A stretch of 64,000 nt of DNA from the human T2T-CHM13v2.0 reference genome, Homo sapiens. A program made the position numbers and the translations under genes. The stretch is taken from assembly GCF_009914755.1 (NCBI RefSeq), contig NC_060933.1; one strand, given 5' to 3'. Under the pieces are notes generated by a model that worked only from the letters and a program-made list of their open reading frames with translations, was not told where the DNA came from and did no database searches. How positions within the stretch are numbered: position 1 is the stretch's first letter; each line of letters starts with the position of its first letter. Below, one piece after another: positions 27,691-64,000 of the stretch.

Positions 27691-28259
27691 GGTGACTAGT
27701 GTGATAGAGGAAGTGAGTCCTCAATTTTAGTTGTTATTAATTAGAATTAATTAGCTAGCAGCTTCTGGATGGGACAGTGCAGCTCTAGAGGCTTCATCAG
27801 ACTCAGGTTTACTTTCTGGGTGAGACAACCCCATGGGCGGGGTGTGCTGCATTCAGGTAGGAAGCCTGAGCCCTGAGCCCAAGCCCAGGCTCGAGGGCTG
27901 AGTGAAGGTCTACATCCCTGAGGATGTGTGGCCTTTCTGGCGCCACCTGCTCCTCCTGGAGTCTGAGGCTTTCTGCTCTTCCAGCCTGGGGGTGCCAGGC
28001 TGCTAGGGGTGGCACCTTCCCCTCCCCAGGAAAAGATGCAAAATCCCCTGATGGCACAGGCAGCCCCTCCCCAGAATGGACGGGATGGAAAGGGGACAAG
28101 TGGCAATGGCCCCAAACCAGGACCTCAGCTCATGGGTTCCCGGGTCCCTGGGGAAAGGGCTGAGGTCCTTCCTGCACTCAGCAAACAGGAACTGCGCGCT
28201 GAGCACCCAGCTGGAAATCAGCCATGGACAGGACAGACCTCTTCCCTCCCCCAACAAGC

Positions 28260-28700
28260 TCACGGTCTAGCCGAGGAGACTCATGTTGAAACATATAAAT
28301 GGCCACTTCGCCAGGTCATAGCCATGGTAGTGGGGCTCGGAAGGAGAAGCCCATGGCGTTATGAGGGCGTGTGGAGCGGCGGTCGCCAAGGAGGGCTTCC
28401 CTGGGGGAGTGACGGTGAAGCAGAGCCCCCAGACCTGAGCGGGACTTGGCCAGAAAGGAGGGAGGAAGAGTGTGGCCGGCAGAGGGAGCTGCGAGTGCAA
28501 GGCTGACAGGCAGGAAGGCCCGGGCGCTTGCAGGGAGATGCAAGTCTGAGGACGATGGCCCGGCTACGGCTGTTCCGCTGGGGCTGTTCCTGCTCTCCTT
28601 CCGCCCTGGGGGAGATGTTCCGATTCTACCCGGCGCTCCCCAGTCCGTGGACTCAGTCTTTCCTTGTGGGCTCCATTTCCCAGCTTCTAATCTCTCTGCG
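28260..28700. promoter_or_regulatory. CpG-rich patch overlapping an L2-like relic; candidate regulatory element with CTCF-like motif at 28473-28491
   Basis: About 25 CpGs in about 440 bp by hand count; L2-like phrasing (gagggcttccctgggggagtgac...cagagggagctgcgagtgcaaggc). Confidence 0.5.
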
Positions 28701-28821
28701 GCTCAACCCCTCTTCCCCTCTGTGTAGCCATGAGGCCCGGAGCCACCCCAAGAGCAGCCTTGGAGGCCTGATTGAGACAGCATCACCCCATCCCTGAGCC
28801 CAGAGCATGGAGAAAGCTTAG

Positions 28822-29169
<348 letters not shown>

Positions 29170-29771
29170 ACGGTGGAGCCTTTCATGGAAAGGCCCGGGA
29201 AACAAACTATGACTCAGGCCAGGGACAGGGCTGGTCCTTATCGACTGCTTCACCCCCAGCCTGAAAGAGTGTGGTCAGAGGCTGGCACCACTGTGGCTGG
29301 GGACGTCCTGATTTCTCCCCTGCAGAATGTGGTTATTCTGGCGCTGGGGTGGCCCTGAAGCTTAGCTATGAGGGAAGCCTGTTCTTAGATACCCCAGCCT
29401 TGGGAGAGAAGAGCTGTGTACTGCCGCTGATAATGAACAGTGGCTGGCCGGGCATGGTGGCTCAGGCCTGTAATCCCAGCACTTTAGGAGGCCCAGGAGG
29501 AGTTTGGAAAACTGCTTGACCCCAGGAGTTGGAGGCTGCAGTGAGCCATGATCGTGCAACTGCACTCCAGCCTGGTCCACAGAGCAAGATCCTGCCTCAA
29601 AAAAAAAAAAAAAAAAAAAAATTCTTTCTTGGCCGGGCATGGTGGCTCATGCCTGTAATCCCAGGACTTTGGAAGGCTAAGATTAGAGGATTCCTTTGAG
29701 ACCAGCCTGGGCAACATAATAAGACCCTGTCTGTATGTGAAAAATTTTAAAAACTTAAAAAAAAAAAAAAA

Positions 29772-31393
<1,622 letters not shown>

Positions 31394-31394
31394 T

Positions 31395-34900
<3,506 letters not shown>

Positions 34901-34966
34901 TCTGCAGAGGCTGAACTTTTAACCGCATGATGGACTTTTTCTGCTGAGTCGTCCTGATTCTTGGTT

Positions 34967-35926
34967 TGTGGGGAAAAGCAAGAGAGATCAGATTGTTACT
35001 GTGTCTGTGTAGAAAGAAGTAGACATAGGAGACTCCATTTTGTTATGTACTAAGAAAAATTCTTCTGCCTTGAGATTCTGTGACCTTACCCCCAACCCCG
35101 TGCTCTCTGAAACATGTGCTGTGTCAACTCAGAGTTGAATGGATTAAGGGCGGTGCAAGATGTGCTTTGTTAAACAGATGCTTGAAGGCAGCATGCTCCT
35201 TAAGAGTCATCACCACTCCCTAATCTCAAGTACCCAGGGACACAAAAACTGCGGAAGGCCGCAGGGACCTCTGCCTAGGAAAGCCAGGTATTGTCCAAGG
35301 TTTCTCCCCATGTGATAGTCTGAAATATGGCCTCGTGGGAAGGGAAAGACCTGACCGTCCCCCAGCCCGACACCCGTAAAGGGTCTGTGCTGAGGAGGAT
35401 TAGTAAAAGAGGAAGGAATGCCTCTTGCAGTTGAGACAAGAGGAAGGCATCTGTCTCCTGCCTGTCCCTGGGCAATGGAATGTCTCGGTATAAAACCCGA
35501 TTGTATGCTCCATCTACTGAGATAGGGAAAAACCGCCTTAGGGCTGGAGGTGGGACCTGCGGGCAGCAATACTGCTTTGTAAAGCATTGAGATGTTTATG
35601 TGTATGCATATCTAAAAGCACAGCACTTAATCCTTTACATTGTCTATGATGCAAAGACCTTTGTTCACGCGTTTGTCTGCTGACCCTCTCCCCACAATTG
35701 TCTTGTGACCCTGACACATCCCCCTCTTCGAGAAACACCCACAGATGATCAATAAATACTAAGGGAACTCAGAGGCTGGCGGGATCCTCCATATGCTGAA
35801 CGCTGGTTCCCCGGGTCCCCTTATTTCTTTCTCTATACTTTGTCTCTGTGTCTTTTTCTTTTCCAAATCTCTCGTCCCACCTTACAAGAAACACCCACAG
35901 GTGTGTAGGGGCAACCCACCCCTACA
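34967..35926 (+). mobile_element. HERV-K(HML-2) solo LTR, LTR5_Hs, 960 bp
   Basis: tgtggggaaaagcaagagagatcag...ggggcaacccacccctaca; near-consensus; TATAAAA at 35489, AATAAA at 35751; no primer-binding site or internal sequence adjacent. Confidence 0.98.
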
Positions 35927-36064
35927 GGTTTGGGGCCGGAGATTACAGTTTGTGTGTCTATGCCAAAGGCACGGGTGGAAACGGGGAAAGCCAGCCAGTT
36001 AGCCGCCACGTGGGCTTTGGTGCAGCCCCACCAGGTGGTTGCTTATGTCCACACGTGTAGCAGT

Positions 36065-38146
<2,082 letters not shown>

Positions 38147-38443
38147 CTTAATGGCCCAAAGTGAGGCATGAGAGGCAGCACTGGCCCCAGCTATGGATAG
38201 ATGTTGCTCTTTGGACAGGTGCCCCAAAGCCTTTACACTTGAGAAGCTTGAGCCACTGATGAGGAAAGATCAGGCAACCTGACCAGCCCAGGGAGCCATT
38301 TCCTAGCCTCTAACAGGCCATCCTGGGGACTCCTGCCCTTTCTGGGGCAGGTCTTGGAGGAAACCTTTGGCCATGTTAGTATCGTATATTGTACAACCCA
38401 GAAGAAAATACACTTGAAAGGGTGGGATAAAATAAATAGATAT

Positions 38444-41244
<2,801 letters not shown>

Positions 41245-41291
41245 AGACCCCGTCCCTAAAAAATTGTAAAGAAAAATAAATTTAAAAACTA

Positions 41292-42525
<1,234 letters not shown>

Positions 42526-42811
42526 GGCTTTGAATCATTTATCATTAAGTTTGAAGAAACTCTGGGGGAAGCACTGGATTAAGTATGACACAACTTTAAA
42601 AATCACTGGAGAAATTGTAGAGGTTCACCTGGGCATTTGATTTTCACATGCTCCGGTTCTTGGGATGGAGTCATATTATGTAACCCAGTATCTCAAGGCC
42701 CATCTATGCCCAGAGTGAGGTTCTTCATTCAAATAAATGGGTGTAAATCCACATTTCAAATAATCTTCTGGATTAATTGAAGTCCTGGGCCTTGAAAAAG
42801 GGTCAGTTTGA

Positions 42812-45075
<2,264 letters not shown>

Positions 45076-45084
45076 AGATGGTTG

Positions 45085-46148
<1,064 letters not shown>

Positions 46149-46153
46149 GGGCT

Positions 46154-46721
46154 GAGATGAGAAAGAGTGGGAACAGGGCTTGGCTTCAGCTCACTCCCAC
46201 TGGAGCATTCTTCCATGCATTCCCAGTGATCACAAACCCCACTCCACTACCTCATTGATGCCATAATGTTTAACCACGCCTTTTACTTAAGGAATGCCAA
46301 GAACTGGCTTTAGGAAATCCAAATATGAAACCAAGGTTGTGGCGTGTTCCACCCTGGGAAGGAATGCTGAGCAACTGATTTATAGCCTTGCTACCAGCCA
46401 GACCACCAGGTGGCCCCTTAGTCAAGACAACCATAGCAACCGGCCATGCTAACCTGCATACCCTACCCCTCAGTGTTTTGCCCAGTCCAGTCTGCACACC
46501 ACCCTACCCCTGACGTTAATTCCCACACTTTGCCTAATAAAAAAGCCCTACTGACTCTTTTTAGAGAGGCAGTCAGGGAATTCTCCTCTCTGTCTCTTTC
46601 TGCCTCCCGTGCTACCTTCATATGTCCAGGCATAAGCTCCAACTAAGTCTTTCCTGGGAAAACTCCAGGCTTCATGACGATTTCTATTGCATTGAGAGCC
46701 CAAGAATCTATGGTCAACAAC

Positions 46722-46722
<1 letters not shown>
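46154..46722 (+). mobile_element. Probable ERV LTR, subfamily not assigned, carrying a CTCF-like motif at 46403-46414
   Basis: TG start, AATAAA near 46536, LTR-type 3' end tttctattgcattgagagcccaagaa...aaca. Confidence 0.55.
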
Positions 46723-51388
<4,666 letters not shown>

Positions 51389-52064
51389 GGGAGTATTTTC
51401 AAAACAACTCTAAAGCAGAATGCTGTTCAAGTCACCTAATTTCTGCCTCATATGGTGTCTCTTTATATGCATAAGCCTCACTATTTCCCTAGGTCCCTTG
51501 GAGATATTATCACGAAGGTGACTGACTGATGGACTTCATCTTTTGGTATCATTATATACTTCCGGTGGCATGTTACCCTTGTTCAGCAAGCCCAAGGGGC
51601 ACTGCGTGCAGGGATTTTCACTAGACAGGATCGTGTCAGCTTATTAAATATAATAAACAAGTGGCATCAGAAGTAAGATCTACCATTATCCTTTCCTGTT
51701 TTTCTGATAACATGGAAATTTTGCATGTTTTCAGGCTGTTGCCATTCTTGCCACTGCCTAGCTTTATCACACCAGAAAGTACAGCGTGACTGAGAATTCA
51801 TATAAACCTTCCAAAAATCTTCTCTCAGAAAATGAACCGGATCTCTCCTGGGCCTCATACACCTCACAGATAACAAATCTTCATCCAAAAAAACGTTTAG
51901 CTTTTTGTTGTGATGAATTTCTTGCGAGTCTTCCATTTAACTTCTTTAACAACTTCACGATGATCTTTGCAGATAAGCTCATTCCCACAGAGGTTCCTTC
52001 TCCTACAGAGAATTATGTCGAGGACAGGGAGTTTTTGGTTTTGTTCTTTTTCCCCCACCGATAA

Positions 52065-52511
<447 letters not shown>

Positions 52512-52549
52512 TAGCTTTTTGATTTTTTTCTTCCGGTTCCTTTGCTCAT

Positions 52550-53264
52550 AAATCTCTACAAGCGGATCACTGCTCTGCCGCAGAAGCGCCACCTGCCACG
52601 ACAGACTCAAGTTTGTGTGCTGCCGCTGATGGGTTGTGTCCATTTGCTTTCGGAGAAGGCTCCAAGTCTAGGTTCCGAATTCGGTTGCAAGCTGGGGACC
52701 TTACTGGGGGGTTACACAGACCACGGCGTCTGACTTCCTCTCAATCTCACGAGCCAAAGCTCCTGTCAGCATCTTGGACAGTCTTTCCCGGGGCAGCGGC
52801 CACCACCCCGCTTCGGCTGGCCCTCCGCCCTCGAGCCGGACTGTCGCTGCACTGGACCGCCTCGCACTACCCAACACACGCAGCACGGCTGCCGGCGCCG
52901 GGACCCTGCGGGAGTCAACTGCTAGCATCTCAGCCCAGCTGGCGTGAAAGTTCGTCAAAACCCATGGCGGTATCTCGGCCAATCGGAGCTGGCCAATGGA
53001 TGAGAGGCAGCTATTTCATTCAATCACGTCCTTCCGACATCCCGCAGCTCTCCCAATCGCAAAACGATGCAGCCAAAGTCGCTCCCGGAAGATGCGCGGA
53101 AGGCGGGGAATAGGGAAGGGGTGTGGCCACAGGCCCCGCCTTCCGCTCTGGGCCGCCGCGATTCTGGGCGTGCGTGAGGGAGGGTGGGTGCTGAAGGCGG
53201 AGGCAGCACCCACGCCAGGTGAGCCGTCGTTTCTTTGCGTGGATCTTTTAGGATCGCTCGTCTA
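52550..53264. promoter_or_regulatory. CpG-island promoter, probably bidirectional, no coding partner visible
   Basis: Dense non-repeat CpGs; CCAAT at about 52979, 52993 and 53053; YY1-like catggcg near 52963; ETS ccggaag near 53085; GC boxes ggcgggg (53102) and ccccgcc (53134); splice donors on both strands. Confidence 0.8.
53216..53224 (+). other. Strong 5' splice donor CAG|GTGAGC ending a putative first exon
   Basis: Consensus match at the 3' edge of the CpG island. Confidence 0.6.
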
Positions 53265-53702
<438 letters not shown>

Positions 53703-53760
53703 CCAAAGAAAATCACTCGTCCATACTGTGAGTTAGTGTGGTTAAAACTAAACACACTGT

Positions 53761-53820
53761 GGCTGGGTGCGGTGGCGCCCAGCGGAGACTCTGTCTCAAA
53801 ATAAATAAATAAATAAATAA
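53761..53820 (+). mobile_element. Internally deleted mini-Alu with both termini
   Basis: ggctgggtgcggtggc joined to gagactctgtctc plus (TAAA)n tail; 16-bp TSD aaaactaaacacactg. Confidence 0.85.
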
Positions 53821-54008
53821 AAACTAAACACACTGCACTGATTCACTTATCCAAGAGTTGCAGGTGACGCCTTCTGTTTATGTTTATCTGTATTCTAAAA
53901 AAAGAAAAAAGTCAGAATGATATTAAATTTTGCTAACATGTATTACACAGATTGAACGCCACTCGGCATCAGTCTGTATAATGCATATTGTAAAGTTTAA
54001 CCTCGCTC

Positions 54009-57981
<3,973 letters not shown>

Positions 57982-58139
57982 CTATGTTCCCACAGGTCAG
58001 GTCCCCACCTGCAAAAGTTCCCCAAGGGCTGTGAGCAGCAGCTTTTCCCAAGCGCTCAGCCTCCATCCCAGCCCTGGGAGGGTGAGCTGAACACTCCTGT
58101 GCTCTCTTCCATTCTCTTCAGAGGAGAAATTAACTAGTG

Positions 58140-60490
<2,351 letters not shown>

Positions 60491-60718
60491 CAGGTTAGAT
60501 TTTGAGATCTATTTCTCCAGGGCCTACACTTCTGAGATACCGGCCTACGCTACATAGGGCAAGACTTGATTACTAAATTCTGCTGCCAATGACCCTCCTT
60601 CATCCTACCCTTATCCTACCACCTCCACCTCACATGTCAGCTTCACTAGTTGTTGTGTCTTCCTGGGTCTCCATGTTGAGGAATATTCTCAAGCGGTTGA
60701 GCAGGAAGAGGACTGTAG

Positions 60719-64000
<3,282 letters not shown>

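Noticed and set aside
34967-35926. HERV-K provirus or SVA SINE-R
   Set aside because: No primer-binding site, gag or env next to it, and no VNTR or hexamer; a complete LTR with matching flanks is a solo LTR.
52670-52690. ggttccgaattcgg as a tRNA or Pol III B box
   Set aside because: Does not fit GGTTCGANNCC, and no cloverleaf or A box is evident; only a 10-bp palindrome.
52613-53113. 166-aa and overlapping ORFs in the CpG island
   Set aside because: Non-ATG starts, composition expected for GC-rich promoter DNA, no recognisable domain.

Overview
Primate, almost certainly human, genomic DNA from a GC-rich, extremely Alu-dense region (roughly 100 Alu copies or fragments by eye). I could not recognise any protein-coding exon of a cellular gene, and I cannot name the locus from the sequence. 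Almost every ORF in the supplied track is an Alu, L1 or GC-rich artefact. Main landmarks: (1) A full-length but dead L1PA5/6-type LINE-1 on the minus strand (about 17.3-23.8 kb). ORF1 and ORF2 are broken, an AluY sits inside ORF2, the 5'UTR retains the ZNF93-target segment, and the antisense ORF0 is still open. The L1 and an adjacent AluSc lie inside one shared 14-bp TSD. (2) A 960-bp HERV-K(HML-2) LTR5_Hs solo LTR at 34967-35926. (3) A nested stack of ERV1 LTRs and Alus at 36-38 kb, plus MER50, LTR8-like, MLT1, Tigger3, MADE1, L1M, L2 and MIR relics. (4) A CpG-island promoter at about 52.55-53.26 kb with CCAAT, ETS, YY1 and GC-box motifs and splice donors facing both directions, but no coding partner visible in the window. 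The best candidate for something undescribed is this orphan, possibly bidirectional promoter together with TE-derived regulatory elements upstream. That is an inference, not a demonstrated system. Repeat subfamily calls come from remembered consensus sequences, and boundaries of old repeats are approximate.
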